A DNA stretch of 64,000 nucleotides from an uncultured bacterium (GTDB taxonomy: Bacteria > Actinomycetota > Acidimicrobiia > Spongiisociales > UBA5794). A program made the position numbers and the translations under genes. Below the pieces are notes generated by a model that saw only the letters and a program-made list of their open reading frames with translations, searched no databases and was not told where the DNA came from. Below are positions 21,865 to 32,793 of the stretch, piece after piece (the stretch's first letter is position 1; each line of letters starts with the position of its first letter). The stretch spans positions 384,001 to 448,000 of the forward strand of contig CAWDDT010000004.1 in assembly GCA_963801165.1 (NCBI GenBank), in the 5' to 3' direction.

Positions 21865-23268
21865 ATGCGCATCTTCAACACTCTCGGACGAGCTCTCCAG
21901 GACTTCGAGCCGCGCGACGCGGGCAAGGTCGGGATGTACGTCTGTGGAGCGACCGTGCAGTCGAAACCGCATGTCGGCCACGGCCGCTATGCCGTGGTGT
22001 TCGACGTGGTGCGCCGCTACTTCGAGTGGCTCGGCTACGAGGTCACCTACGTGCGCAATATCACCGATGTCGACGACAAGATCATCGCCGCCGCCAACGA
22101 GATGGGCGTGACGATCGAGGACGTCGTCGCCATGGCCGACGGCGCCTTCCAGACAGCCTACGAGGCGCTGCGGGTGCGGCCGCCCGACATCGAGCCGCGG
22201 GCCACCGATCACATCCCGGAGATGATCGAGATGATCGAGGCCCTCATCGAGCGCGATCATGCCTATGCGGCGGGGGGTGACGTGTACTTCTCGGTGCGCA
22301 GCTTCCCCGAGTACGGCAAGTTGTCGGGGCGCAACATCGACGAGCTGCGCAGCGGCGAGCGGATCGAGCCGGGAGAGTACAAGCGCGACCCGCTCGACTT
22401 CGCCCTCTGGAAGGGCGCCAAGCCGGGAGAACCGAAATGGGACTCGCCCTGGGGGCCGGGCCGGCCGGGATGGCACATCGAGTGCTCGGCGATGTCACAC
22501 AAATATTTGGGAACCGGGTTCGACATCCATGGGGGCGGGCACGACCTCATATTCCCCCACCACGAGAACGAGATAACCCAGGCGGAGAGCGCCGGGCACG
22601 TCCCGTTCGCCCGTTTCTGGATGCACAACGGGCTGCTCAACCTGAGCGGCGAGAAGATGTCCAAGTCGACCGGCCACGTCATCGACCTCGTCGAGGGCAT
22701 CGAGACGTATTCGCCAGGGGCGGTGCGGCTGTTCTACCTGCGCACCCATTACCGCAAACCGCTCGAGTTCAGCGAGGAAGCCCTGACCGACGCCAGGGCG
22801 TCGCTCGACCGCATCTGGGCATTCCGGCGCCGGGTGCCGGGCCCGGTCGAGAACGCCCCTCTCGAGGCCGCGATGGCGTCGTTCCGGGAGGCGATGGACA
22901 ACGACCTCGACAACGCTGGAGCGCTCGCCGTGCTGTTCGACGTGATCCGCGACGGTAATCGCAGGCTCGACGGCGGTGAGGATGCCGGACCGTGGGTCGC
23001 CGCGTACGACGAGATCACCGGCGTGCTCGGCCTCGACGAGCCCGAGGCGGCCATCGATGATCTCGACGAGGATCTGCGGGCGCTGGCTACCGGTCTCGGG
23101 GTTGAAGCGGCATCAGCGGAGGCGGCGGTCGACGCATTGATCGAGCTGCGCGCGGAGGCGCGCGAGGACAGAGACTGGGCGACGGCGGATCAGATCAGGG
23201 ACGGGCTGAAGGCGGCGGGCATCATCCTGGAGGACACGGCAGATGGCATCCGCTGGCATCGGGGATAG
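21865..23268 (+). CDS. cysS: Cysteine--tRNA ligase
   Basis: YVCG..HVGH, DFALWK, GRPGWHIECSAM, KMSKS; start MRIFNTL at 21865. Confidence 0.97.
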   Translation: MRIFNTLGRALQDFEPRDAGKVGMYVCGATVQSKPHVGHGRYAVVFDVVRRYFEWLGYEVTYVRNITDVDDKIIAAANEMGVTIEDVVAMADGAFQTAYEALRVRPPDIEPRATDHIPEMIEMIEALIERDHAYAAGGDVYFSVRSFPEYGKLSGRNIDELRSGERIEPGEYKRDPLDFALWKGAKPGEPKWDSPWGPGRPGWHIECSAMSHKYLGTGFDIHGGGHDLIFPHHENEITQAESAGHVPFARFWMHNGLLNLSGEKMSKSTGHVIDLVEGIETYSPGAVRLFYLRTHYRKPLEFSEEALTDARASLDRIWAFRRRVPGPVENAPLEAAMASFREAMDNDLDNAGALAVLFDVIRDGNRRLDGGEDAGPWVAAYDEITGVLGLDEPEAAIDDLDEDLRALATGLGVEAASAEAAVDALIELRAEAREDRDWATADQIRDGLKAAGIILEDTADGIRWHRG

Positions 23269-23998
23269 CCTCGAGGGCTTTCATGCAGTACGGGCTGCCC
23301 TCGACGCCGGTCGGGTGACCAGCATCCGGGTGGAGGGCCACCGGGTACGCCGGCCCGAGTACGCCGACCTGCTCGCCGATGCAGTGGCCGCTGGTGTTCC
23401 CATCAAGAGGGTCGACGAATTGGGCGACATGGCGGTGACCACCGCCCCTCAGGGGATCATGGCCCGGGCCCGTCCGATTTCCTTCGTGTCGATCGATCAG
23501 GTGGCCCGGGCATCACGGCCGCCGGCGGTGCTGGTGCTCGACCATCTCGAGGACCCGAGGAACATCGGTGCGATTGCCCGCAGCATGGTGGCGGCCGGCT
23601 GGCGGGGTCTCGTTCTCCCCGAGCGCCGCTCGGCGTCTCTCGGTCCAACGGCGTTCAAGGCGGCGGTGGGCGCATTCGAGCATCTGAAGATCTGTGAGGT
23701 GAAGTCGACCGCCGACGGTCTGCGGAGGCTGCGGGCGATGGGGATCTGGCTGGTGGGTCTCGACGGGGAGGGGGAGCAGTCGCTGTTCCGGCTCGACCTG
23801 CTTCGCGAGCCGGTGGCTCTCGTTGTGGGCGCTGAGGGCAAGGGGATGACCCGTCTCGCCAAGGACCTCGTCGATCTGACCGTCTACATCCCGATCAGCC
23901 CGGACATCGAAAGCCTGAACGCATCTGTCGCCGCCTCGCTAGCGTTGTACGAAGTCAGCCGTATGCGGGGCACTAAACTCGGCGGCCCGCTGGCGTAG
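23243..23998 (+). CDS. rlmB: 23S rRNA 2'-O-methyltransferase (RlmB/TrmH family)
   Basis: DPRNIGAIARS, GAEGKG, ESLNASVA SPOUT motifs; follows cysS. Confidence 0.88.
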   Translation: MASAGIGDSLEGFHAVRAALDAGRVTSIRVEGHRVRRPEYADLLADAVAAGVPIKRVDELGDMAVTTAPQGIMARARPISFVSIDQVARASRPPAVLVLDHLEDPRNIGAIARSMVAAGWRGLVLPERRSASLGPTAFKAAVGAFEHLKICEVKSTADGLRRLRAMGIWLVGLDGEGEQSLFRLDLLREPVALVVGAEGKGMTRLAKDLVDLTVYIPISPDIESLNASVAASLALYEVSRMRGTKLGGPLA

Positions 23999-24065
23999 CT
24001 CAGCTCGGCAGAGCAGCTGATTTGTAATCAGCAGGTCATGGGTTCGAATCCCTTCGCCAGCTCCA
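23989..24065 (+). tRNA. tRNA-Thr(TGT)
   Basis: Acceptor stem GCTGGCG/CGCCAGC, anticodon arm GCTGA-TTTGTAA-TCAGC, GGTTCGAATCC T-loop, encoded CCA. Confidence 0.96.
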
Positions 24066-24067
24066 GT

Positions 24068-24095
24068 GAAATCCCCCGTGTTTGCGGGGGGTTTC
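24068..24095 (+). terminator. Hairpin after tRNA (probably bidirectional with the integrase gene)
   Basis: GAAATCCCCCG...CGGGGGGTTTC stem-loop. Confidence 0.7.
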
Positions 24096-24098
24096 TGT

Positions 24099-25238
24099 TT
24101 ATGGGCCTTCGAGGCCGATGCCGTCTGATCTGGGTTTGGTCCGCATTTGGTCCGTCACGGCTTGGGCGTGTGCCCGGTCGAGTGCGGCGGCGAGGGCGTC
24201 GGTTTCTGATGGGAAGGGGTGTCCGTAGCGGTCCATGGTGACGGTGATCGATGAGTGGCCGAGGTGGAGTTGTGCCGCCTTGGGGTGGGCTCCTTGGGAG
24301 ATCAGCAGTGCGGCGCAGGTGTGTCGCATGTCGTGGATCCGGAGTTCTCTGGGTAGTTCGGCTCGTTGCACGGCGGGGGCCCAGATCCGGTGTCGGAAGT
24401 TGGAGTTGCGGAGGGGGAGACCTTCGGCGGAGGTGAACACGAGAGCGTCGGGCTGGTCGGGGACGTGTTCGGCGAGGTGCTGGGTGAGGAGGTCACTGAG
24501 GAAGTGGGGGATGGTGACCATGCGGCGGCGGTGGGTTTTGGTGGTGCCGAAATAGAGGGTGCCGCGCACTTCGGCGAGTGATTCGGCGACTTCGATCTGG
24601 GATTTCTCGAGTTGGCATCGTCGGCGGCGGAGCGCGGCGGCTTCGCCCCAGCGCAGACCGCTGTAGGCGAGTAGGTAGACGAGGGTTCCATAGGGCTGCT
24701 CGATGGTGGCGGCGAGGCGTTCTACCTGGTCGGCGGAGAGGAAGAGCATCTCTCGATGTGGTTGTCGGGGGGCTTTGACACCGGTGACGGGGTTGGCGGT
24801 GAGGTATCCGGCTTCTACGGCGAGTTTCATCATGCTGTCGAGCACTTGGCGAGCCTGACGGATCACCGATGGGCCCGCCCCGGAATCCTGGAGGTCGGCG
24901 ACCCATTCCTCAACGGCCATGCGGTCGAGGTGGCGGAGTTGCAGGTCCCCGAACTCGGGGAGGACGTGGACCCTGAGGTTGGACTCGTAGCCGGCGACGG
25001 TCTTCGGCTTCAGGTTGCTCTTGGTGCGCAGCCACCGCTGGGACCATTCGGCAACGCTGGTTTTCGACAGGCGCGGGTCGGTCCACTCGCCCCGCAGTAT
25101 GTCGGTTTCGACGGTGGCGGCAAACCGGTCGGCGTCGGCCTTCTTGTAGAAGCTCCTGGCGCGTTCCCTTCCCGTGGGGTCCCGGTACCGCACCTGCCAC
25201 GGGCGGCGCCGGCCCGGTCGATGCTGGATGTGCGCCAC
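24099..25238 (-). CDS. Tyrosine recombinase/integrase
   Basis: Arm-binding WQVRYRDPTG, GLRWGE, HDMRH, LGHSS, DRYGH (catalytic Tyr); GTG start at 25238. Confidence 0.95.
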   Translation of the reverse strand: MAHIQHRPGRRRPWQVRYRDPTGRERARSFYKKADADRFAATVETDILRGEWTDPRLSKTSVAEWSQRWLRTKSNLKPKTVAGYESNLRVHVLPEFGDLQLRHLDRMAVEEWVADLQDSGAGPSVIRQARQVLDSMMKLAVEAGYLTANPVTGVKAPRQPHREMLFLSADQVERLAATIEQPYGTLVYLLAYSGLRWGEAAALRRRRCQLEKSQIEVAESLAEVRGTLYFGTTKTHRRRMVTIPHFLSDLLTQHLAEHVPDQPDALVFTSAEGLPLRNSNFRHRIWAPAVQRAELPRELRIHDMRHTCAALLISQGAHPKAAQLHLGHSSITVTMDRYGHPFPSETDALAAALDRAHAQAVTDQMRTKPRSDGIGLEGP

Positions 25239-25240
25239 GT

Positions 25241-25429
25241 TCAGGTGCCTTGTCGCAGTTGGCCAGCGATCCATTGTTCGACGTCCCGGCGCCGATAACG
25301 GATATACCGACCGACCCGAAATCCACGCGGTCCTTCGCTACGGCAGCGCCAGGCATACACCGTGGCCAGCGGCACACCGAGAAACCTGGCGAGATCCTGC
25401 GCCGACAAGAGGGGTTCGAGCTGATCCAT
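25241..25429 (-). CDS. Excisionase-like HTH protein
   Basis: LLSAQDLARFLGVPLATVYAW...GPRGFRVGRYIRYRRRDVEQW; immediately upstream of the integrase. Confidence 0.88.
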   Translation of the reverse strand: MDQLEPLLSAQDLARFLGVPLATVYAWRCRSEGPRGFRVGRYIRYRRRDVEQWIAGQLRQGT

Positions 25430-25831
25430 ACGCCAACTCTGCAGCGGGACCCTGTTACCAGAGTGTCAGCAGACCTGTCAGCAAACGGTCACGATCCGGA
25501 CAGGGTGAGGTTCCCCCGGTTTCCCGGACTGTTTTGGTTGATGGTCATGCCACAGCCGTGAGGGGGCTGTGACGGTTTTCGTATTCGATTGGGGGCAGGT
25601 TCCCGAGTGATGAGTGCCGGCGACGCCGGTTGTAGAAGGCTTCGATGTATTCGAAGATCGCTTGGGCGAGTTCTTTGCGGGTTGTCCATTGTCGCCGGTC
25701 GAGTAGTTCGAGTTGGAGGGTTCCGAAGAACGATTCGGCCATTGCGTTGTCTAGGGCGTCACCGACGGTGCCCATCGATCCCAACAGTCCGGCTTTGCGG
25801 AGCCGTTGCCCGAACGCCCACGAGGTGTATT

Positions 25832-27383
<1,552 letters not shown>

Positions 27384-27880
27384 TCAGCTATCGACCAGCC
27401 CACTACCCGCCGCGACCAGGCGTCGAGCGACCACGGCGAGATACACCTTGCCTTCTGTGGTGGGATGCTCGGTGATATCTGAAACCCACAGGCGATCAGG
27501 ACCGGTGACGGTGAAGCGGCGGTTGACCAGATCATCAGACGGGATCGCTTGTGGGTCACGGCGGGTGCAACCACGCCGGCGACGCCGATACACGCCCTCT
27601 ATGCCGGCTTGGCGCATCAACCGTTCCACCCGCTTGCGACCCACCCGGACATCGAGACCCAGCTGCAGCTCGGCCCACACCCTGGGACTCCCGTAGGTGC
27701 CGCGAGACTGTCGCCAAACCTCGATAATCGTCTCCGACAGGGCAGCGTCTTCGATCTGGCGGCGACAGGGATGTTTCTGGCGATACCGCCACTCATAGAA
27801 CCCGCTGGTCGACACCCCAAACGTCTTGGCCATAAACCTGATCGGGAACAAAGCCTTCTGCGCATCCATAAACCGAAAGA

Positions 27881-28168
27881 TCACTTCGGCCGGACATTCT
27901 CCGAGGCGAAGAAGGCTGCGGCTCGAGAGAGCAAATCACGCTCCATCTTGAGCACCCGATTCTCCTTCCTCAGACGCACCAGCTCCTCCCGCTCCTCACT
28001 CGTCAAACCCGGCTTGACGCCTTCATCGACATCGGCCTGGCTAATCCACCGCCACAGACTCGACTCCGAAACCCCCAAATCCGCAGCAAGCTCCGGCATC
28101 GGCTTGATCCGCTCCCGAGCCAACTCCACCGCCCTCCGCCGAAACTCCGGCGAGAACCGTCCACCCAT
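27881..28168 (-). CDS. IS3 OrfA (HTH and leucine zipper)
   Basis: RFSPEFRRRAVEL...LGVSESSLWRW...EELVRLRKENRVLKMERDLLSRAAAFFA. Confidence 0.92.
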   Translation of the reverse strand: MGGRFSPEFRRRAVELARERIKPMPELAADLGVSESSLWRWISQADVDEGVKPGLTSEEREELVRLRKENRVLKMERDLLSRAAAFFASENVRPK

Positions 28169-28300
28169 AGCCTCTCCTCTCCGGCAGGACCCTCAGGCCC
28201 CACACACTACGTGTCCGGAGAAACGGGGGAAGCTCACTGTCTCAACACCACACGCATCTGCAACACAGTTGCTCATGTATACGCGTAGACACGGGAGGAC

Positions 28301-28825
28301 ATGATGGGGCTCGATCGTGGCGCCTTGGCAAACCTTGATCAGAGGCTGCTGGCAGAGCTCGACCGAGATGAGCGGTTCCAGATGGTCCGGGTGCCGGTGT
28401 CGCCTGCGAAGTGGTCGACGTGGAAGCGATTGTGCGCTGCCGCTGGGATCTCGATGGGTCGAGCGATCGTCGCGTTGATCGACCGGGAAATGGCAAGTGC
28501 GGCTGATGCCTCGGGCGACGATTCTCCGGTGTTGGCACAGCGGATACGTGAGCAACTGGCCAGCCGAGAGGCTGAGGTGACGAGTCGAGAACGCGAGATG
28601 GCTGTGGCTGAGAAGAGGCTCCGCAGCAGAAGAGAGCAGCTCCGCCGCTGGGAAGCCGAGCTTCAGACACTGGCACAGCGAGTCGAGTCGGCATCGAAGC
28701 TAGCCGGCCACCGTGACGCCACACCGAAGGTCGGCCGTAACGACCGCTGTTCCTGCGGATCCGGACTCAAGTACAAGCACTGTCACGGCTTGCCCGCTCA
28801 ACCACCCAACGTTGTTCCCAGATAA
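28301..28825 (+). CDS. Protein with RHH-like N-terminus, coiled coil and C-terminal SEC-C metal-binding motif
   Basis: [36 protein letters not shown]; E/R-rich coil; [21 protein letters not shown]. Confidence 0.8.
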   Translation: MMGLDRGALANLDQRLLAELDRDERFQMVRVPVSPAKWSTWKRLCAAAGISMGRAIVALIDREMASAADASGDDSPVLAQRIREQLASREAEVTSREREMAVAEKRLRSRREQLRRWEAELQTLAQRVESASKLAGHRDATPKVGRNDRCSCGSGLKYKHCHGLPAQPPNVVPR

Positions 28826-28916
28826 CGGGATTACCGGCATAATGCCGGTTATCTCTCGCTGAAGGGCGCTCGATAACGCTCGCCGCTGTGGGTGATCTGG
28901 GTGGTTGTGTTGTCTC

Positions 28917-28930
28917 GATATCGCGATATC
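28917..28930. promoter_or_regulatory. Palindromic operator of the TA operon
   Basis: Perfect 14-bp palindrome GATATCGCGATATC, 8 bp before the antitoxin ATG. Confidence 0.6.
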
Positions 28931-28938
28931 ATGAGTGC

Positions 28939-29148
28939 ATGACTAAACAGACCACCGTGCGGCTCCCCGAAGACCTTGCTGACGATGCCGAGGCCGTCGC
29001 CCGCGTCAACGGCACCAGCGTCAATGCGCTGATCGTCGATGCACTCAAGGCTGAAATCGGGCGAGTCCGCCAAGACGAAGACTTCACCAGCCGCGCCAAG
29101 CGACTCCTCGACCGCGACAGGGAACTCTTGGAGCGCCTCGCCCAGTGA
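28939..29148 (+). CDS. Ribbon-helix-helix antitoxin
   Basis: MTKQTTVRLPEDL...SVNALIVDALK; GTGA overlap with the toxin. Confidence 0.82.
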   Translation: MTKQTTVRLPEDLADDAEAVARVNGTSVNALIVDALKAEIGRVRQDEDFTSRAKRLLDRDRELLERLAQ

Positions 29149-29552
29149 CTCGCTACATCAAGCTGGCCGAGTACTTCTGGCTGGCCCAACAAGCTACCGG
29201 TGTCGACGCTGACGCTCTCGCCAAAGCGTCCCGATCCGAGCTTGCCGACTCGGCGTTGCACGCCCCTCAAGCCGGGTTCGGTGATATCGAGTTCTACCCC
29301 GACCTCTATGACAAGGCAGCGGTGCTGGTTTGCCGGCTGGCTTGGAATCATCCGCTCCCTGACGGGAACAAGCGGGCTGCCTGGGCGGCGCTGGTGATGT
29401 TCATCGACCTCAACGACGGCACCTGGGAACCCGACCCACCCGACATCGACCAGACCGAAGCGGCCATGCTTGCCATCGCTGCCAGCGAAGTCGACGAGAC
29501 CTGGACCGCCTCCTGGCTCAAAGAGCGGGTCCGCTTTGGCGACCCAACCTGA
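29145..29552 (+). CDS. Doc (death-on-curing, Fic-family) toxin
   Basis: LADSALHAPQA...FYPDLYDKAAVL...NHPLPDGNKR. Confidence 0.9.
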   Translation: MTRYIKLAEYFWLAQQATGVDADALAKASRSELADSALHAPQAGFGDIEFYPDLYDKAAVLVCRLAWNHPLPDGNKRAAWAALVMFIDLNDGTWEPDPPDIDQTEAAMLAIAASEVDETWTASWLKERVRFGDPT

Positions 29553-29567
29553 CCAGATCGCTCGATA

Positions 29568-29645
29568 CCGAGCAGAAACGAGCATGTCGCAAAGAATCCC
29601 CGATCGGCACTTCGCCGCTCGGCACGGTGAACACTCACAGTCGTG
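29568..29645. repeat. Structured 78-bp repeat, copy A
   Basis: Ungapped 53/78 identity (hand count) to 30318-30395; CCGAGC...GCTCGG inverted pair. Confidence 0.7.
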
Positions 29646-30213
29646 GCGTCTCTCCGGTCCCTGACCCTGATAGAGCCGATCCGCCGAATTCGCCGGGCCC
29701 GGTGCCGATCCATGAACCGGTCGCAATCCGCAGCACGCCAATGGCGGCGACGATTCCCAACAGCCCGCCCAGCGTGTTCAGGGCGAAGTCTTGGATATCC
29801 GCGCTACGTCCCAGACCGAATACCCACTGGGTGCCCTCCACTACCAGCGAAACGGCGACGCAGAGACCTAACGCTTTCGCCGCGGGGCGGCGGGCTCCGG
29901 CCCAAGCGATCCGTGCCAGAAAGCCCAAGGGAACGAACAGCCCGACATTGGCTACGACATTTCGTGCATCGACGTGCGCAAAGAGATTGAGATTCGAGCC
30001 CGGGTGCGAATCGGAATCCCCGACCGGAGTCAGCGTCAGATACCAGACACCAACCAACGCCACCACGAGCCACGAAGCGGCCAACCGCGACATCGTCGTC
30101 CGAGCGTCCGCACCTCGACGCCTTGACACCACCAACACCCCAACGCCAGCGACAAACGCGATCACCACAAGCCAGAGAAGATCCTCCATACCGGCACTGA
30201 ACTCGTTGACCAT
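29635..30213 (-). CDS. VanZ-family membrane protein
   Basis: NVGLFVPLGFL...SLVVEGTQWVFGLGRSADIQDFALNTLGG; start uncertain (30189 or 30213). Confidence 0.85.
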   Translation of the reverse strand: MVNEFSAGMEDLLWLVVIAFVAGVGVLVVSRRRGADARTTMSRLAASWLVVALVGVWYLTLTPVGDSDSHPGSNLNLFAHVDARNVVANVGLFVPLGFLARIAWAGARRPAAKALGLCVAVSLVVEGTQWVFGLGRSADIQDFALNTLGGLLGIVAAIGVLRIATGSWIGTGPGEFGGSALSGSGTGETPRL

Positions 30214-30317
30214 TGCTCGATCATAGGAACGCACAGTCGCCTATCAGATCTGGCCACATCACGCTTGATCACCGCCGTCGACGCTGGCGGGCCTCGACAG
30301 GCCGGGATCAGCAATAT

Positions 30318-30395
30318 CCGAGCGGGAACGAGCATTTTCGAGAGTGCTCGATACCGGCACCTCCGCGCTCGGTGAGGTGACCACTCAGGGTTGTG
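30318..30395. repeat. Structured 78-bp repeat, copy B
   Basis: Direct-orientation homologue of 29568-29645, with internal hairpin CGAGCA...TGCTCG. Confidence 0.7.
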
Positions 30396-30487
30396 CCCCG
30401 GCTGCGGTGGTCGCCTAGTCGCTGGCTTGCGTCGATTGCCCCCGTATCGTCACCTATGCGGGCCTTGCCTCTAGCATTCGTCGGGTT

Positions 30488-30886
30488 ATGGCTTTCATCA
30501 GCACATCGGATGTGAGACTCGTTGGAATCATTGTTCTGGTCGCGGGGCTTGGCTGCCTGTTCATCGTTCGCCGCAGACGTCCCAAGGCGTGGATTCTCGC
30601 GGCAGTCGGAGCTGTGCTTTCGACGTGGGGAGTGATACTCATCTGGAAATCTGGTGTCACCGTCATCGATGGCCCCGACGGTTTCCGATCGGTGTCGGAT
30701 ATGATGGGTTCAACGTTCGATTCTTGGCTGTGGGTCGTCGTATCCGGAGTAGTCAGCGGTCTTGTTTGGTTCGGTGCAGTAGCGGTGCGAGCGCGTCGTG
30801 GGCCGCTGTCATGGACCTCAGCTGCCATCTTCGGTGGAGCGTTCCTCGCCGCCGTATCGGCGGGCCTTCTCGATTCGTCTATCTAG
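30488..30886 (+). CDS. Hypothetical 4-TM membrane protein
   Basis: Four hydrophobic segments in 132 aa. Confidence 0.6.
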   Translation: MAFISTSDVRLVGIIVLVAGLGCLFIVRRRRPKAWILAAVGAVLSTWGVILIWKSGVTVIDGPDGFRSVSDMMGSTFDSWLWVVVSGVVSGLVWFGAVAVRARRGPLSWTSAAIFGGAFLAAVSAGLLDSSI

Positions 30887-31029
30887 CTCTTCGCGTCGAA
30901 GGACCGCCCCGATCACCAGACAATCGAGGCATCACGCCCCGATTGCCGACCGCCCGGGAACGAAGCCTCCATGCCGGTCTCTTGGCTACTCGCCGTTGTG
31001 GTTCCAATGGTTTTGGAGTGGTTGCCGGA

Positions 31030-32793
31030 CTATCTGGCCAGAACCTGGACTGATTCTTGGTTTGGCCATACGGGTGGTGGCCAGAACCCGAGGCTCTTGT
31101 TGTTGAAGTCGATGATGGTGAACGGCACGAGTCCGCCGATGTCGTCGAGGTTCTGTCGTTGCCAGGTGGAGCCGTCGTTGCTGAACCACATGGCGGGAAG
31201 GCTCTCGGATACTCGTCCTGCGTCGAAGTCGAGACCGGCGGCGTAGAAGCGGGAGTCGACTCTTGTGACGGCGTACACCTCCATGTAGCCAAACTCGGCG
31301 GCGGTGTCGCCGGCGGGTGGAGGTTGTCGTGTCCAGTCGATTCCGTTGGGGGATGTCCAGACGGCCATCAGGTTGGTGCCGAACGGGCTGCCGCCGAGGG
31401 CGACAAAGCCGGTATCGGTTTCGGTGATCGTGTACATGTAGGCGTCTTCAAAGCCTGCCCCTTGTGGGGTCACGAGTTCCCAGTCAAGGCCGTTGGGTGA
31501 TGTCCAGACGGCAGCGGTGGGGACGAATTCGCCCCACGGGGAAGCGCCGACTGCGATTAGCCCGTTGTCGCTGGTGATCACTTCGCTGATCGCGGAGTTG
31601 TTGAACAGTTCGGCATCGCTTGCGGGGGCCTGTTCCCAAGTGGTGCCGTCGGTTGTGGTGAACAGTGTTGCGATGGTGGATTCGGCTTCGGCGCCACGCC
31701 GCAACAGCACCGTCAACCGGTCCGGGGTGTTGAAGACGGCATCGACATATCCGATCGAGTACCCCTGGTCGCTGAGGAACTCGATCGGTTCCCACCTACG
31801 CCCGTCATCAGACCGCAGCAGGGTGGAGCCGTATGTGAATAGTCCGAATGGGCTCTCGATCATGTCGGTGAGGCAACCGATGCGCATGTCGCCAATCCTG
31901 GTCGGGCCTTCGGTGCGTTCCCAGGTCACACCATCGTCGCTTACCCATACCGGGAAACCGGGTTCACTCTCGACAGGGCATCCCACGGCAACGATCGATC
32001 CGTCGATGACTCCAGCATCGGTGATGGTGACAGCACCAAACGCTCCGGGGTCTGCCCCGGTCGAAGTCCACCCGTTGATCGGTTCCGCCGGGAGAGTTGT
32101 CGTTGTTGTCGAGCCGGTCGACGGTGTTGGCGATTCGGCGAGGACTTCGCCGTCTCCGTTGAGGGCGGCGACGCTGGTGGGGAGGATGTCACCCGCCCAG
32201 CAGTATTCGAAGAACTGCGCCGGGATTGCCTGTCCGTCGTAAATCGCCGTGTACACCAGGTCCCCGTCGGGGAACGTCACCACGACATCAGACACGCTGT
32301 AATGGATCGCCCCGAAGACGCAGGACAGTGGCGGTTCAGCAAGATGGTCGGTTGTCATGAACGGTCCAGAGAGGGGAGCGTCGGTGCTCGGCTCCAGGCC
32401 GCAGAGGGTGCCGTCCAACTCCATACAGATGGATCCGTTCTCATCGAAGTACGCGGTCAACAACCAGGACTCATCGGCACCGTCGTAAGATCCGTCGGCG
32501 ATGACAAAGGTCGGTCCCCGGGTAACGGGCTCCTCGTCGACCTCGGCAGCGGATGTCGTGCTCGTTGTTGTCGATTCGGGAGGCGCGGTGGTGATGACGG
32601 TGGGCGCTACCGGAGTAGGACCATCGGTGCGGGTTAGCCACAGCGCAGCACCACCCACGGTGATGGTCACCACCGCAGCGATCGCCAGCACCTTCAACCT
32701 TCCCATCGTATGGGGAGGCTGCGGCACCGGGACCTGCTCGAGTTCAGAGTTGAGACGTGCTCCTGCCCGGCGTAGTTCATCGTCGAGACTCAT
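31030..32793 (-). CDS. Putative anti-sigma/sensor: short cytoplasmic N-terminus, TM, extracellular Asp-box repeat (beta-propeller-like) domain
   Basis: MSLDDELRRAG + TM + Thr linkers + six SxDGxxW-like repeats; ATGA-coupled to the ECF sigma. Confidence 0.75.
   Translation of the reverse strand: MSLDDELRRAGARLNSELEQVPVPQPPHTMGRLKVLAIAAVVTITVGGAALWLTRTDGPTPVAPTVITTAPPESTTTSTTSAAEVDEEPVTRGPTFVIADGSYDGADESWLLTAYFDENGSICMELDGTLCGLEPSTDAPLSGPFMTTDHLAEPPLSCVFGAIHYSVSDVVVTFPDGDLVYTAIYDGQAIPAQFFEYCWAGDILPTSVAALNGDGEVLAESPTPSTGSTTTTTLPAEPINGWTSTGADPGAFGAVTITDAGVIDGSIVAVGCPVESEPGFPVWVSDDGVTWERTEGPTRIGDMRIGCLTDMIESPFGLFTYGSTLLRSDDGRRWEPIEFLSDQGYSIGYVDAVFNTPDRLTVLLRRGAEAESTIATLFTTTDGTTWEQAPASDAELFNNSAISEVITSDNGLIAVGASPWGEFVPTAAVWTSPNGLDWELVTPQGAGFEDAYMYTITETDTGFVALGGSPFGTNLMAVWTSPNGIDWTRQPPPAGDTAAEFGYMEVYAVTRVDSRFYAAGLDFDAGRVSESLPAMWFSNDGSTWQRQNLDDIGGLVPFTIIDFNNKSLGFWPPPVWPNQESVQVLAR

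Noticed and set aside
28833-28860. dif/pdif-like site (TACCGGCATAA-TGCCGG-TTATCTCTCGC)
   Set aside because: Only ATAA-N6-TTAT matches; the XerD arm is poor, no convincing partner site is seen, and a simple hairpin after the SEC-C gene explains it.
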